Positions 63,726 through 64,000 of a DNA stretch of 64,000 nt are shown here, piece after piece. Source of the DNA: an uncultured Actinomycetes bacterium (lineage in GTDB: Bacteria; Chloroflexota; Dormibacteria; Aeolococcales; Aeolococcaceae); NCBI GenBank assembly GCA_964508345.1, contig CAZDTK010000009.1, positions 14,489 to 78,488 on the forward strand, written 5' to 3'. The notes under the pieces were generated by a model. The model searched no databases. It had not been told where the DNA came from and saw nothing but the letters and a program-made list of their open reading frames with translations. The position numbers and the translations under genes are program-made. How positions within the stretch are numbered: the first letter of the stretch is position 1; each line of letters opens with the position of its first letter.

Positions 63726-64000
63726 CGCCCCACCCCCTCGAGCCCGGCGCGGAAGACGGCCAGCGCCTCCGCGCGCCGGCCGTTGTCGCCGAGCCCGCCA
63801 CGGGCGAACCCGGCCTGACCGCCGCCCTTTCCCCCCGACGCCTGGGCGGCGGCGCGGACCAGACGGCCCGCGTCCACGCCGTGTTCCAGCGCGGCCCCGC
63901 CCACCTTGGCGCAGAGCGTGCTGCGGCCGAAGACGGCGGCCACGCCGTCCCCGCCGAGCCGCTCGGCGAAGAGGCGATCCACCAGCAGGGCGGTGTCGCC
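63722..64000 (-). CDS. alaS: alanine--tRNA ligase (3' end only; gene continues beyond the window)
   Basis: The C-terminal 85 aa '...AAAQASGGKGGGQAGFARGG...' match the conserved AlaRS C-terminal 'GGKGGGRPDMAQAGG' DHHA1 tail. In the expected position upstream of ruvX-mltG. Confidence 0.75.
   Translation of the reverse strand, partial: GDTALLVDRLFAERLGGDGVAAVFGRSTLCAKVGGAALEHGVDAGRLVRAAAQASGGKGGGQAGFARGGLGDNGRRAEALAVFRAGLEGVGR

Noticed and set aside
1-64000. CRISPR arrays / cas genes
   Set aside because: No series of short, regularly spaced direct repeats was seen anywhere. The only tandem repeats are the regulatory repeats at 9027-9129 and the IS-associated IR/TSD.

Overview
High-GC (about 70% by eye, strong GC3 bias) bacterial chromosomal segment. 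It is almost entirely core housekeeping genes, nearly all on the minus strand, with very frequent 4-nt start/stop overlaps (ATGA/GTGA). Gene order resembles Actinobacteria (for example Mycobacterium): rimP; secDF; ruvC-ruvA-ruvB; yebC; mpg; infC-rpmI-rplT-pheS-pheT; tlyA-thrS; rsmA-tatD-metG-rsmI; nadE; dinG; plsC-cmk-rluB-scpB-scpA; tlyA-nadK-recN; xseA/xseB; nusB-asp23-efp-aroQ-aroKB-aroC ... aroE-mltG-ruvX ... alaS. A complete phosphate module is present: an OmpR-type response regulator divergent from a PAS sensor kinase, followed by pstB-pstS-pstC-pstA and a convergent phoU. One tRNA-Val(GAC) is present. The one clearly accessory region is a lower-GC island at about 39.2-43.7 kb, inserted between scpA and recN. 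It carries a P-loop kinase-like gene, a dCTP-deaminase (Dcd-like) gene, a zinc dCMP/cytidine-deaminase gene, a second Dcd-like domain fused to C-terminal transmembrane helices, a transposase-tail remnant, and an intact-ended IS481-family element (6-bp CCTAGC target duplication) whose transposase frame is interrupted by an in-frame TAG. I interpret this island as a candidate split-gene, nucleotide-depletion-type (dCTP-deaminase) anti-phage/abortive-infection system of unusual architecture. Other notable points: infC with a non-ATG (ATC) start and an upstream intrinsic terminator; glutamine-dependent nadE split into two overlapping ORFs; an aroK-aroB fusion; two tlyA paralogs; an FtsA-like ATPase plus an odd membrane-anchored Thr/Ser-rich protein between alaS and ruvX; a structured GC-rich intergenic region with an SRP-RNA-like GGAA-capped hairpin; and direct repeats in the divergent regulator/kinase promoter region. 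No CRISPR array was seen.
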